NCBI GenBank assembly: GCA_944392815.1 | Contig: CALXXY010000003.1 | Span: forward strand, 43,520 to 107,519 | Direction of reading: 5' to 3' | Origin: an uncultured Alphaproteobacteria bacterium | Lineage (GTDB): Bacteria > Pseudomonadota > Alphaproteobacteria > Rs-D84 | DNA: 64,000 bases | Shown: piece by piece, positions 8,826 to 19,633 of the stretch | Numbering within the stretch: position 1 is the first letter of the stretch | Layout of the letters: every line of letters begins with the position of its first letter | Translations under genes and position numbers: made by a program | The notes under the pieces: model-generated | What the model was told of the DNA's origin: nothing | The model's database searches: none | Seen by the model: only the letters and a program-made list of their open reading frames with translations

Positions 8826-9749
8826 ATGGCAAGATTTATTTTAACAACGGTTTTTGCCGGACTGGTTGCGTTTTCGGCGTACGCCGCAACCCAGGATATT
8901 GTTTACGATAATTTCCAAACAATATATACGGAAACACCTGTTCAATCGTATTACGCGTATCCAGACGATCCGAATTTTATTCCGGAAACTGAATTCATGA
9001 ACCGCGCCGACAGTTTGGATTACGATTTGAATATAGAGGCCGCCCGCCAAAGCGAATCCATGGCACACCCGGGTGTTATGTTTGCCGATCGTCCGATGGT
9101 TATATGCCGCAATTTTGGTTGTACACGCCTGAACGACCGCATAACGCGCACATTTTTATTCAACAGTTTGGCAAATATGTTCATGATGAACACGCATTCG
9201 CGCCTGTATATATGCGAGGCCGACCCGTTTTCACGTGACTGCCTGCAATCCGGCATTTCATTCCCAGTTCGCAGTGGTATTGCCAACGCATTGGTCAAAA
9301 TACCCAAGGCCACAATTTCCCAGGTCAACATTTCAACCGGCCTGTCACGCGCCACGGTCAGCATGACATACGAATTTCTGGTCAACGGCATTGCCCGCAC
9401 ATGCGAACCAACCATTATGGACATCGTAATCCCCGTCAATTCCCAGGCCACATTATCCAATCGCGAATTCGCATGCAATATGACCAGTGACGGATTAAGC
9501 AACGTATCACTGCTGGTAAATATCGATTACATAGATTTGGATTACGGCATTTTGGGCGGTTATTATTCATTGGGCATGCAGGGTCCAACCACGGGCGGCG
9601 GCACAGGTTATGCACTGTTCAAAACAGAATTCACCACTGGCGGCATGCAATTCCGCGCAGCCGTCACAGGCGAAGAAGACATTGCCGGCACAAATTCTGC
9701 CATGACTATCCAGCCCGGCGAATATGCAGTGGAACCATTGAAAAAATAA
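8826..9749 (+). CDS. Secreted hypothetical protein
   Basis: Long ORF with a Sec-type signal peptide (MARFILTTVFAGLVAFSAYA) and paired Cys residues. Confidence 0.8.
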   Translation: MARFILTTVFAGLVAFSAYAATQDIVYDNFQTIYTETPVQSYYAYPDDPNFIPETEFMNRADSLDYDLNIEAARQSESMAHPGVMFADRPMVICRNFGCTRLNDRITRTFLFNSLANMFMMNTHSRLYICEADPFSRDCLQSGISFPVRSGIANALVKIPKATISQVNISTGLSRATVSMTYEFLVNGIARTCEPTIMDIVIPVNSQATLSNREFACNMTSDGLSNVSLLVNIDYIDLDYGILGGYYSLGMQGPTTGGGTGYALFKTEFTTGGMQFRAAVTGEEDIAGTNSAMTIQPGEYAVEPLKK

Positions 9750-9774
9750 ATTTGTGTTCCATATTAGTTCTGTA

Positions 9775-10443
9775 ATGAATAAAACAGTTTTAATTATTGA
9801 CGACGATGATATGTTGCGCAAAACGCTGGCCAGTGGTTTGCGCGACAATTCTTTTGACGTATTAACCGCCAACAGCGCGGAAACAGGCGCAGAAATTTTG
9901 TCACGTGTATCCGTGGACGCCATTATATTGGACAGAATGCTGGGCGGTACAGACGGATTGACCATGTTGCACGAAATGCGCGCACGCGGCGTCACAATTC
10001 CTGTTATAATGCTGACGGCCATGGGCGGGGCGGAAAATACAATCGACGGCCTGGCGGGCGGGGCAAATGACTATCTGGCAAAACCGTTTCAATTGCGCGA
10101 ATTGGTGCTGCGACTGAACAATATTATTCGCGCCACCCCAACGGGCACAGCCACCAAATTACCAGACGGCCTGGTATTTACAGACGACGAGTTTTTTATC
10201 ACAGACGCACATAATCCGGGCACCGCGCCACGAATATTGCCATTATCGGGCGAAGAAAAAAAATTATTGCGTAATTTAATCACGCCCATCGGAAATGTGG
10301 TACCCGCGTCACCAATGGTTGCAAAACGCTTGCGCAGCAAATTAAATGTAGTATTATCTGATACAGATATCGTCACAATCCGCGGCCGTGGGTATAAATT
10401 AATACACATGGCGACGGGCAAAAACAACGGTGAACAGGAATGA
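9775..10443 (+). CDS. OmpR-family response regulator
   Basis: Receiver domain (IIDDD, ILDRML, IMLTA, DYLAKPF) and a shortened winged-helix domain ending TIRGRGYKL. Confidence 0.9.
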   Translation: MNKTVLIIDDDDMLRKTLASGLRDNSFDVLTANSAETGAEILSRVSVDAIILDRMLGGTDGLTMLHEMRARGVTIPVIMLTAMGGAENTIDGLAGGANDYLAKPFQLRELVLRLNNIIRATPTGTATKLPDGLVFTDDEFFITDAHNPGTAPRILPLSGEEKKLLRNLITPIGNVVPASPMVAKRLRSKLNVVLSDTDIVTIRGRGYKLIHMATGKNNGEQE

Positions 10444-11720
10444 GATTAATACCACGCAGCTTTTTATGGCGCACCATTTTGATGATTTTAATACCCCTGA
10501 TTATCGCCCAGGTTATCATTGCCAACGTATTTTTCGGCAATCACTGGACGCGCGTGCATGCAACATTGGCACGCAGTTTGGCGGTCGATATCGTCACAAT
10601 GATGAATTTTATGGACGACGGCAACGCTGACGCCGCCCGCACCATGGCACGTGATACGGGGATAAACGTTTCAATTAATACAAAATTAAATCGCCCCAGT
10701 CATAACGACAACACCTCGCGCGAGGCAGGCCTGTTGGCCAGCGAACTGTCCACACGCCTGAAACGCCCGGCACAAATTTATATTGATAAAGCCAAACGTT
10801 TGGTATTCATTGACGTACCAACAAACGATGGAAAAATCGCCACGTTTGGAACATCGCTGTACCGGATATATTCCACCAGTACCGAAGTATTTATAATCTG
10901 GCTGATTGGGTCGATATTAATTGTATCAATATTAATAACGCCATTTATTATCATGCACACGCGGTCTATCCGCCGCATAGCGCGCGCCGCCGGCCGTTTT
11001 GGTCGTGGATTGGACGCGCCTGGTTTCCAACCAACTGGTTCCAAAGAAATCCGCGAGGCCGCCGCCGCAATGATTACAATGAAAGAACGTCTGAACAGAT
11101 ACAATCGCACCCGCAGCGACATGTTAAACGCGGTCAGCCACGATTTAAAAACCCCGCTGGCACGCATGCGCCTGGCGGTGGAAACAGATTCGGCATCAAA
11201 AGAAAATCTGTTGCAGGACATTGACCGCATGACCGAAATGGTTAACGGATATCTGGCGTTTGCGCGCGGCGAAATGCCGGAAATCGAACAAACAACGGAA
11301 TTGCCGGCTATGTTGCTGCGCACTGCGCGCGACGCGGCCCCGGATAAAAATATTCAAACGGATTTCCCGGACGAACCGGCACAATTCTATGCACGCCCAA
11401 TGGCACTGGCACGCGCATTCAGCAACATTATTGAAAACGCGGCCAGATATGCAAAAAAAACGATTCGCATCACAGAACACGATTCCGCGGATCAAATAGA
11501 AATTATTATCGAAGATGACGGTCCCGGTATCCCAGACGACAAAAAACGTGACGCTTTGCGCCCATTTGTGCGCCTGGACGAATCGCGCAGTGATAAAACT
11601 GGCGGCACAGGGTTGGGGCTGTCTATTGCCCAAACAGCCATTGAAAATCATGGCGGGCAAATGTTTTTGGAAAACAGCGATTTGGGCGGTCTGCGCGTGC
11701 GCGTTGTATTACCAATATAA
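10440..11720 (+). CDS. EnvZ-like sensor histidine kinase
   Basis: Two TM helices, a HAMP region, H-box VSHDLKTPL, N-box NIIENA and G-boxes DDGPGI and GTGLGL. Confidence 0.95.
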   Translation: MRLIPRSFLWRTILMILIPLIIAQVIIANVFFGNHWTRVHATLARSLAVDIVTMMNFMDDGNADAARTMARDTGINVSINTKLNRPSHNDNTSREAGLLASELSTRLKRPAQIYIDKAKRLVFIDVPTNDGKIATFGTSLYRIYSTSTEVFIIWLIGSILIVSILITPFIIMHTRSIRRIARAAGRFGRGLDAPGFQPTGSKEIREAAAAMITMKERLNRYNRTRSDMLNAVSHDLKTPLARMRLAVETDSASKENLLQDIDRMTEMVNGYLAFARGEMPEIEQTTELPAMLLRTARDAAPDKNIQTDFPDEPAQFYARPMALARAFSNIIENAARYAKKTIRITEHDSADQIEIIIEDDGPGIPDDKKRDALRPFVRLDESRSDKTGGTGLGLSIAQTAIENHGGQMFLENSDLGGLRVRVVLPI

Positions 11721-11739
11721 AATCATACGGATATAAAAA

Positions 11740-13449
11740 ATGAACTTGTATAAATACGTATCAGAATCAATAAACGATAAATTGGGATTCCCCGCCAATT
11801 TGGAAACGCCACGCAATCGTGACTTTGGCGATTTTGCAACGAATGCCGCGATGGTCATGGCGAAAACTGCGGGCAAAAATCCGCGGGAATTGGCAAATGA
11901 AATTTTGCCAAAACTGCGTGAATTGGATTTTGTGGCGGACGTATCGGTCGCCGGCCCCGGGTTCATTAACATTAAACTGCGTGACGATTTCATATGGCGC
12001 GCCGCAGCCGAACCACACAATATACAAACTGACAAGCCATTAGTAATTGATATGGATTATGGGTCATATAACGTTGCAAAATCATTACATATTGGTCATT
12101 TGCGCACATCCATTGTTGGCGACACACTAAACAGAATTGCAAAATACATTGGCCATAAAACAATATCTTATAATCACATGGGCGATTGGGGGCGTTCAAT
12201 GGGATTGGTCATTGCGTGGATAAAGCGTAATCACCCCGATTGGCCATTCTTTCAGCCCAATTTTGACCCAGACGCAGATTACAGTAAATACGCCATGTCC
12301 GCCGAAGAACTTGACACATATTATCCAGCCGCCGCTGCATTGGCCAAATCTGATGATGCATTTATGGAAGATGCGCGTCAAATTACCGCGGAATTACAAC
12401 GCGGTCATCCTGGATATAACACATTGTATAATGTATTTTTACCCATAGCGACCAATTCCATGATGGAAACAGTAAAAAAATTAAATATCATGCCATTTGA
12501 CCGAAATCTTGGCGAACGCAATGCGGCCAAATATATTGAACCGGTTGAAAAAATGCTGCGTGAAAAAAATTTATTGGTCAAATCGGACGGGGCTGAGGTA
12601 ATTATTGTCAAAAAAGACACTGATACCGCCCCAATGCCGCCAATGATGTTTTATAACTCGCGCGGGGCTGTGCCATATGACGCCACAGATATTATGGCAT
12701 TGTACTATCGTAAAATAACTGATAACCCGAACAAGATTATATATCTGACTGATGTGCGCCAAAAATTACATTTTGAACAACTGTTTCGTGTTGCAGAATT
12801 AACAGGTTTGTTCCCAGCCGCCGATTTAGAACATATTGGCTATGGCACAATTAACGGCGCAGATGGGAAACCATTTAAAACCCGCGATGGCAATGCGGCT
12901 GGATTAAACGACATAATCGAAATGATAACCAATGCTGTCCAAAAACGTGTAAGTGACAGCGGAAAAAAACTGCCGCCCGAAACTGTGGACGAAATTGCAC
13001 TGGCGGCATTAAAATTTAATGATTTGATGCACGATTTACGTTCTGACTATGTTTTCGAACCGGAATCGGTCACCAGTTTCGAGGGTCGTACCGGCCCATA
13101 TATTCTGTACACGGCGGTGCGTCTGAACAGCGTTTTAAAACGGGCAGGGGAATTCCCAGCCGCACCGGCCACAGATTTAACAACCGATGAACGTAATTTG
13201 TTAATCGAAACGCTGGATTTTGAACGCACGGTACAAAGCGCATTTGACAATCGCGCGACCGACATGATTGCAAATTACGCGTACGATTTATGTCAATTGG
13301 CGAACGCATTTTACCACAATTGCCCAATTTTACGCGACGACGTGGACGCACGCACCCGCGCACGCCGCCTGGGGATTACAAAAATTGCACGCGACACATT
13401 GGCCACCGCAATAGATTTGATGGGATTAAAAATCCCGAATGAAATGTAA
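11740..13449 (+). CDS. argS: Arginine--tRNA ligase
   Basis: FGDFATN, AGPGFIN, NVAKSLHIGHLR, GDWG, FKTRDG and FEGRTGPY. Confidence 0.97.
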   Translation: MNLYKYVSESINDKLGFPANLETPRNRDFGDFATNAAMVMAKTAGKNPRELANEILPKLRELDFVADVSVAGPGFINIKLRDDFIWRAAAEPHNIQTDKPLVIDMDYGSYNVAKSLHIGHLRTSIVGDTLNRIAKYIGHKTISYNHMGDWGRSMGLVIAWIKRNHPDWPFFQPNFDPDADYSKYAMSAEELDTYYPAAAALAKSDDAFMEDARQITAELQRGHPGYNTLYNVFLPIATNSMMETVKKLNIMPFDRNLGERNAAKYIEPVEKMLREKNLLVKSDGAEVIIVKKDTDTAPMPPMMFYNSRGAVPYDATDIMALYYRKITDNPNKIIYLTDVRQKLHFEQLFRVAELTGLFPAADLEHIGYGTINGADGKPFKTRDGNAAGLNDIIEMITNAVQKRVSDSGKKLPPETVDEIALAALKFNDLMHDLRSDYVFEPESVTSFEGRTGPYILYTAVRLNSVLKRAGEFPAAPATDLTTDERNLLIETLDFERTVQSAFDNRATDMIANYAYDLCQLANAFYHNCPILRDDVDARTRARRLGITKIARDTLATAIDLMGLKIPNEM

Positions 13450-13540
13450 ATGTGAAAAACAACTATTGCATAATATTGTAATTTCAGGTATAATTGCACA
13501 GACAAGATCGTAACAAGTCAATTGCCACAGGGGGGACGGA

Positions 13541-13765
13541 ATGTCGCATTGGGTAAAAACAATTGTTGCCACATTCGCTATTTTTCAACTGACGCCATTA
13601 TTTGCGGCAGAAACGCAGCAAATTGCATCGGTTTCATATGTTAACAAAATAACAGATGAATTGGATACCAAGGTTGATATGGGATCAGCCCAAACAATAT
13701 CCGGGGAAAAAACTTTTTCAGCCAGTCCGTTGGTTCCAACTCCACCATTACCACAGGATTTATAG
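13541..13765 (+). CDS. Small secreted protein with a fibre-like QTISGEKTF motif
   Basis: G-rich RBS and a signal peptide. Its stop overlaps the GTG start of the next gene. Confidence 0.7.
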   Translation: MSHWVKTIVATFAIFQLTPLFAAETQQIASVSYVNKITDELDTKVDMGSAQTISGEKTFSASPLVPTPPLPQDL

Positions 13766-15570
13766 TGTTCAAAAAAATCTGTGCCGCCATACTTGCAATA
13801 TTTTTAATACTGCCAAATGTTGCAATCTCGGCGGAAATGGTAAATGTTGAATACGTTCACAATATCCTGCGTTGGCGCTGGGGAATTGATTTACCATATA
13901 ATACAAACCTGACAAATCCTCATGTCGCTGCAAATATGAAATATTTGTTAACGGTTGTTGATATTGCAAACAAGCGACTGAATGGTAAACAAACAACAGA
14001 TTATGGCAACAGCGACTACGCCACACTGGCGGCGGCGGACACAGTTGCCACGAACACAGCGATTGACACATTGGTTCGTGGGCCTGGATTTTATTTGACG
14101 ACCACTCCAGATACGACGAATTTTTCAATTACTATTACCGCCGCTGGAACTTTTGCAATTGATTGGGGTGACGGGGAACGCGAATCCATTGTCGATAAAC
14201 CAGTTGCCGCAACAACATACTCTCACACATTTAAAACCCCGCAATCACACACAATTCGCATAACTGGCACCGCCACAGATTACAGCGATGCCAACAACGT
14301 CAAAACATTATCTTTTAATAACAACACTGCTATTGCCAGAATTAATGGCAACCTGGGTTCTATATTTCCAACACTATCGGACGGGACAAATCCGCGTTTT
14401 ACCGAATTGTTTAACGACGCGACCAATTTGACGGGCGAAATTCCATCAGATTTATTCGACGGCATTACCGGTGCAGCAACGACATATATGTTCGGCAGCT
14501 TGTTTCGCAATTGCTCGAAATTAACGGGCGAAATTCCCGCCGATTTGTTTGCGGGCATCACAGGCCCATTGGCCCAAGGTACATTCGAAGCATCTTTTTA
14601 TAGTTGCAGTGGACTGTCCGGCAGTATTCCTGGCGAATTATTTTCACGCATAACCAGCGACACACATGAAGTTTTATTTAATCAAACCTTTCGCGGTTGC
14701 ACTGGATTATCTGGTTCAATTCCCGGTGATTTATTCCAGGGTATCCGTGGCACGCCACGACGTGCAATGTTTTTTGCCGCATTCCGTAACTGCAGCAACA
14801 TAACGGGTTCAATCCCAGGCGAATTATTTGCCGGCATCCAGGGCGCGCCAGCAACTTCTGTATTTGCCGAAACATTTGCATACACGGGACTAACTGGTTC
14901 TATTCCCGGCGAACTGTTCTCGGGCATCCAGGGAGCACCAGCCCATCAATTATTCAGCTATACATTTGCTGGTAATCGCAGATTAACCGGTCAAATTCCA
15001 GGTGAATTATTTGCAGGCCTCCAGGGTGCACCAGCCCCATATGTATTCTCGAATACTTTTGTTCAATGCAGCGGCCTTGATAATCATATCCCAGCCGACC
15101 TGTTTGCGGGCATTCGTGGACAACCAGCCGAAGGAATGTTTGAGAGAACATTCAATGATGCCGGTGTAAGTTCAATACCCGATGGCTTGTTTGCTGACAT
15201 CCAGGGTGAACCCGCGAACTTTATGTTTGAATCAACTTTTAACTGGAACCCAAGGTTAAACACAATTCCAGATGGTTTATTTGCTGGAATTTCTGGATCT
15301 CCGGCAACAAACATGTTTAGCAATACGTTTAATTATACGAGTATAACAAATATCCCAGACAATTTGTTCGGCACATTCACAGATAACCCAGCGAATGGTA
15401 TGTTTACCAGCACATTCGCCAATTGTCAAAACCTGACGGGACCATCTGCCAAAAATGGCGACGGCCGCTATCTGTACGAGGTATTCACAAACATCACATC
15501 TGATATGAACACATACGCAAATTCACCAAATTTGTCGGATTACGACCAAATTCCAAACAACTGGAAATAA
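13765..15570 (+). CDS. Secreted surface protein with a PKD-like domain and about 11 LRR-like repeats
   Basis: Signal peptide, IDWGDG motif, and 29-31-aa repeats of the form LTGSIPGELFAGIQGAPAxxxFxxTFxxCxx. Confidence 0.85.
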   Translation: MFKKICAAILAIFLILPNVAISAEMVNVEYVHNILRWRWGIDLPYNTNLTNPHVAANMKYLLTVVDIANKRLNGKQTTDYGNSDYATLAAADTVATNTAIDTLVRGPGFYLTTTPDTTNFSITITAAGTFAIDWGDGERESIVDKPVAATTYSHTFKTPQSHTIRITGTATDYSDANNVKTLSFNNNTAIARINGNLGSIFPTLSDGTNPRFTELFNDATNLTGEIPSDLFDGITGAATTYMFGSLFRNCSKLTGEIPADLFAGITGPLAQGTFEASFYSCSGLSGSIPGELFSRITSDTHEVLFNQTFRGCTGLSGSIPGDLFQGIRGTPRRAMFFAAFRNCSNITGSIPGELFAGIQGAPATSVFAETFAYTGLTGSIPGELFSGIQGAPAHQLFSYTFAGNRRLTGQIPGELFAGLQGAPAPYVFSNTFVQCSGLDNHIPADLFAGIRGQPAEGMFERTFNDAGVSSIPDGLFADIQGEPANFMFESTFNWNPRLNTIPDGLFAGISGSPATNMFSNTFNYTSITNIPDNLFGTFTDNPANGMFTSTFANCQNLTGPSAKNGDGRYLYEVFTNITSDMNTYANSPNLSDYDQIPNNWK

Positions 15571-15664
15571 TTACGGTATAATTATACCACACACATTTTA
15601 CTTGACTTTTCTGGTGGGTTGGGGCATAATAGCCCCGCTAAATTCAATAAAAAGGTAAAAAACT

Positions 15665-16138
15665 ATGGCAGCAACAAAATCGTTAAAACGTTGTGAATTG
15701 GACGCCAAATGGTATCTGATTGACGCAACCGATTGCACGCTGGGGCGTTTGGCGGCATACACCGCGAACATTCTGCGTGGTAAAACCAAGCCGACATGGA
15801 CACCCAACATGGATTGTGGCGATCATGTTATCATTATCAATGCGGACAAAGTTGCCCTGTCTGGGAAAAAGGCCGAAAAAACAAAATTCTTTTGGCATTC
15901 CCTGTGGACCGGCAGCACCAAGGAACGCACCCTGGGCCAGATGCGCAGCGAAAAACCAGAAAAATTGGTATACAACGCTGTAAAGCGCATGATGGGCCGT
16001 CGCACAGCCGTTGCATTGGCGAACAAACGTTTGACCAAACTGCACGTATATGCTGGTGCGGAACACAAACATGCCGCGCAAAACCCAATTGTTATCAATT
16101 TTGCCGAATTGAATCGTAAAAATAAAAGGGGCGAATAA
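15665..16138 (+). CDS. rplM: 50S ribosomal protein L13
   Basis: WYLIDA...LGRLA...[24 protein letters not shown]. Confidence 0.98.
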   Translation: MAATKSLKRCELDAKWYLIDATDCTLGRLAAYTANILRGKTKPTWTPNMDCGDHVIIINADKVALSGKKAEKTKFFWHSLWTGSTKERTLGQMRSEKPEKLVYNAVKRMMGRRTAVALANKRLTKLHVYAGAEHKHAAQNPIVINFAELNRKNKRGE

Positions 16139-16638
16139 TGACAGAAGCAAAAAAAACTGCGACCAAGGCAGCAACAAAAACTACCAAGAAAGCCGCCCCG
16201 GTCAAAGCGACAGCCGCCGCAAAAAAAACAGCCGTGGCCGACGTTAAATTAACAAACGCGACATACGCCACCGGCAAACGCAAGGATTCTGTCGCACGTG
16301 TATACCTGATTCCGGGCAAGGGTCAGATTATCGTCAACAACATTCCGATGACAGAATATTTCCGTCGTCCTGTGTTGCAAATGATTATCGCCCAGCCATT
16401 CGGCATCACAAAACGCGAAACGGCATACGACGTACACGCCATTGTTATGGGTGGCGGTCTGTCGGGCCAGGCGGGCGCCGTTAAACACGGTATTTCCAAA
16501 GCATTGGAAAAAATCGAACCAGATTTGCGTAAAACACTGAAATCCGCAGGTTTCCTGACCCGCGACAGCCGTGTTGTTGAACGTAAACACTTTGGTCGTC
16601 ACAAAGCGCGTCGTTCCACACAGTTCAGCAAACGTTAA
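16138..16638 (+). CDS. rpsI: 30S ribosomal protein S9 (Lys/Ala-rich N-terminal extension)
   Basis: [22 protein letters not shown] and [11 protein letters not shown]...QFSKR. Confidence 0.98.
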   Translation: MTEAKKTATKAATKTTKKAAPVKATAAAKKTAVADVKLTNATYATGKRKDSVARVYLIPGKGQIIVNNIPMTEYFRRPVLQMIIAQPFGITKRETAYDVHAIVMGGGLSGQAGAVKHGISKALEKIEPDLRKTLKSAGFLTRDSRVVERKHFGRHKARRSTQFSKR

Positions 16639-16653
16639 TCTGTGTATTTATAC

Positions 16654-16680
16654 AAAATCCGCCGTTTGGCGGATTTTTTT
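16654..16680 (+). terminator. Intrinsic terminator after rpsI
   Basis: AAAATCCGCC-GTTT-GGCGGATTTTTTT hairpin. Near-identical hairpins lie at about 24470-24497 and 33007-33033. Confidence 0.85.
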
Positions 16681-16762
16681 GTTATATTAAAAAAGTGTAT
16701 TGCGTTTATAAAAAAACTGTGTATAATCATTCGGCAATTCATTATTTAATGGGGAAAATACT

Positions 16763-18058
16763 ATGTTCAAGAAAGAAAAAATCAAAGATTTACACTATTC
16801 TGTAAATGGCGTCATCACCGCAGATGAACTGCAAAACGCGGCCGACGAAATTTTAACCGAATACGGGAAAAAGGCAAAAATGCCGGGATTCCGTCCGGGT
16901 CACATTCCATTATCCATTTTACGCCAAAAATACAATGCCTCTGCCATGTCCGAGGCCATCGACAAATTAATGAACCGTGATTTAAACGAATACGTCGCAG
17001 ACAAAAAAATCCGTTTGGCGGGTTCACCACGTGCCGATTTGGCAAAATGGGAAATGGGCCAGGACGCAGAATACACATTGGAATTCGACATTCTGCCGAC
17101 TTTGCCGGCGATTGATTTGGAAAAATTCACAGTGACGAAAAAAACGACCACCCTGGACGAGGCCGAAGTTGAAAAATCACTGGAAAATATCCGCAAATCC
17201 CGCAGCATCGCAGAAAAACAACCGGACGATTATGTCGCGCAAAACGGTGACACAGCCGTCATCGATTTTCGTGGGTTCATCGACAACGAAGAATTCGCCG
17301 GTGGCGCCGCAGAAAAGCATCACCTGGTGTTGGGTTCTGGCGCATTTATCCCTGGATTCGAAGATCAGGTTATCGGCCACAAATCCGGCGATGAATTTGA
17401 TGTAAATGTCAAATTCCCGTCCGATTATCACGCAGAAAACCTGGCCGGCAAAGACGCACGTTTCGCGGTCAAGGTTCACGAAGTTCGCAAACACCAATTG
17501 CCTGAATTAAATGACGAATTGGCAAAATCCGTTGGCCATGAATCTGTGGACAAATTGCGCGAACACATTCGCACCATTTTAACCGAACAATATGACGAGG
17601 CCGCCAAACGCGACATGCGCAACGAATTGTTGGACATTTTGGCCGACAAAGTAAAACTGGATTTACCAGAAAACTTGGTTGACCAGGAATACAACATGGC
17701 TAAACAGGAATACGAACGCGCGGCCAAAAACGGCAGCACCGAAAAATGGGACGAAAAACAGGAACGCCGTGACGCCGAACGCCGTGTGAAATTGGGGCTG
17801 ATTTTGGCGGAATGGGGCACCCAGAACAAAGTAGAGGTCACCCGTGACGATTTGCAACAGGCCGTCTGGGCCGAAGCCGCCCGTTATCCTGATCCGAAAC
17901 AGGTATTTGAATTTTACAACAAAAATCAAAACGCTTTGGCAATGCTGCGCGGCATGATTTTTGAACGCAAGGCATTGGACGCAATGTTAACCCATGTCAA
18001 GACCAAGGAAAAATCCGTGAAACCATCGGAATTGTTCCAACAGTCCGACGTTCGTTAA
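16763..18058 (+). CDS. tig: Trigger factor
   Basis: Ribosome-binding motif MPGFRPGHIP and an FKBP domain (FIPGFEDQVIG, FPSDYHAENLAGK). Confidence 0.97.
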   Translation: MFKKEKIKDLHYSVNGVITADELQNAADEILTEYGKKAKMPGFRPGHIPLSILRQKYNASAMSEAIDKLMNRDLNEYVADKKIRLAGSPRADLAKWEMGQDAEYTLEFDILPTLPAIDLEKFTVTKKTTTLDEAEVEKSLENIRKSRSIAEKQPDDYVAQNGDTAVIDFRGFIDNEEFAGGAAEKHHLVLGSGAFIPGFEDQVIGHKSGDEFDVNVKFPSDYHAENLAGKDARFAVKVHEVRKHQLPELNDELAKSVGHESVDKLREHIRTILTEQYDEAAKRDMRNELLDILADKVKLDLPENLVDQEYNMAKQEYERAAKNGSTEKWDEKQERRDAERRVKLGLILAEWGTQNKVEVTRDDLQQAVWAEAARYPDPKQVFEFYNKNQNALAMLRGMIFERKALDAMLTHVKTKEKSVKPSELFQQSDVR

Positions 18059-18115
18059 TTAACCGTAAAAACGCGTGCTGTTGCGCGCGTTTTTTAATAC
18101 CACAGGACGATTTAC

Positions 18116-19072
18116 ATGAAAGCATATTTGGATATTTTGGACAACATCATGACCAACGGCCATGATTTACGCATGAACAGAACAGGCATTCCAGATATTG
18201 GACTGTCTGCGGGCGCAGTATTTGAACACGACATGTCAACAGGGTTCCCATTGGTGACAACCAAAAAAATGGGATTAAAAAACATCGCCACCGAATTGGA
18301 ATTTTTCCTGCGCGGAATCACCGACAAAAAATGGTTGCAGGACAGAAAATGCCACATCTGGGACGAATGGGCAAACCCGGTCAAGGTCGAGCAAACATAC
18401 AACATCGCCACCAGTCACCACCCAGAATTATCCGACACAGAACGCACACAACTGCGTAATTCTATTATGGACATGGAACGCGATTTGGGGCCAATTTACG
18501 GATTCCAGTGGCGTCATTTTGGCGGCGAATACCAATGGAACGCAAACCGCATAAACGCAAATCCTATGGACAATTTTGACCCGAAAAACCCAGGCATAGA
18601 CCAGGTACAAAATGCCATCGACAAATTGAAAAATAATCCAAATGACCGCAGAATTTTGGTCAGCGCATGGAATCCTGTTGCCATTCCGCAAATGGCACTG
18701 CCGCCATGCCACGTCATGCACCAACTGGTCGTGCGCGATGGAAAATTATCCCTGATATGGACCCAGCGTTCATGCGATATGTTCCTGGGGGTGCCGTATA
18801 ACATCGCCAGTTATGCGTTGTTGTTATTGCTGTACGCCAAAGAATCGGGGCTGACCCCTGGCACGTTAAAGGGCGAATTACACGACGCGCACATATACAA
18901 AAATCATATTCCCCAGGTTCGTGAACAATTAAAGCGCACCCCATACCCGTTGCCGACGGTTGAAATTCCAAATGAAAATTGGCGCGGAATGTTGAATTGG
19001 TCGGCAAACGGCGGATTCACGTTAAAAGATTACATTTGTCACGAAAAATTACGTGGCGACGTTGCGCGATAA
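18116..19072 (+). CDS. thyA: Thymidylate synthase
   Basis: GFPLVTTKK, IWDEWA, DLGPIYGFQWR, MALPPCH, QRSCDMFLGVPYNIASY and HIYKNH. Confidence 0.98.
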   Translation: MKAYLDILDNIMTNGHDLRMNRTGIPDIGLSAGAVFEHDMSTGFPLVTTKKMGLKNIATELEFFLRGITDKKWLQDRKCHIWDEWANPVKVEQTYNIATSHHPELSDTERTQLRNSIMDMERDLGPIYGFQWRHFGGEYQWNANRINANPMDNFDPKNPGIDQVQNAIDKLKNNPNDRRILVSAWNPVAIPQMALPPCHVMHQLVVRDGKLSLIWTQRSCDMFLGVPYNIASYALLLLLYAKESGLTPGTLKGELHDAHIYKNHIPQVREQLKRTPYPLPTVEIPNENWRGMLNWSANGGFTLKDYICHEKLRGDVAR

Positions 19073-19147
19073 AAAACATTGACATATGTCCCCACAGTGC
19101 TATAAAAATATGCGGTAAAAATTTTATTAACACTGGGGGTGACATAT

Positions 19148-19633
19148 ATGGAAACCAAATTAATGCCTATATTCGCATTGCGTGCCATGTTGCTGCAACA
19201 GGTCAGCCCACAATGTTTTGCGCGCAATCACGATTTAATCACACGCACATCTCTGGCGGCCCAGGACTATGTTCGTTCGGGTAAATTTTACGAATACGAT
19301 CGTCGCACAGGCCACGCATTCAAACAATTACCGGGCTATATTGCCGTACATAAACGTTATAACATACCATATAATCCAACGTCGTCCCAATTGGGGCTGT
19401 CCACTGTTAACCCAGGCCTGGTTATGGATTTGGCATGGGCATTGAATTCAGACATGTTGGCAAACATAGTTGACCACAACGGCAACATAATTGCCCCCGA
19501 CCGCCTGTTTTCATCAGAAGTCCTGCGTGTATATCACAATTCAAACGCATATGGCGTGCCAATTGACGCATTCAACGCGATTCAGCGTCCCCAACGCACC
19601 GCCATGTTGTCGAAATTGCAACGCACAAAATAA
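19148..19633 (+). CDS. Hypothetical protein
   Basis: ORF with a promoter-like TTGACA upstream, a G-rich RBS and a terminator hairpin downstream. Confidence 0.7.
   Translation: METKLMPIFALRAMLLQQVSPQCFARNHDLITRTSLAAQDYVRSGKFYEYDRRTGHAFKQLPGYIAVHKRYNIPYNPTSSQLGLSTVNPGLVMDLAWALNSDMLANIVDHNGNIIAPDRLFSSEVLRVYHNSNAYGVPIDAFNAIQRPQRTAMLSKLQRTK

Noticed and set aside
16654-16680. AAAATCCGCC/GGCGGATTTT hairpins as a mobile repeat or DNA uptake sequence
   Set aside because: The copies I saw all sit right after stop codons with A/T tails, which fits ordinary bidirectional intrinsic terminators.
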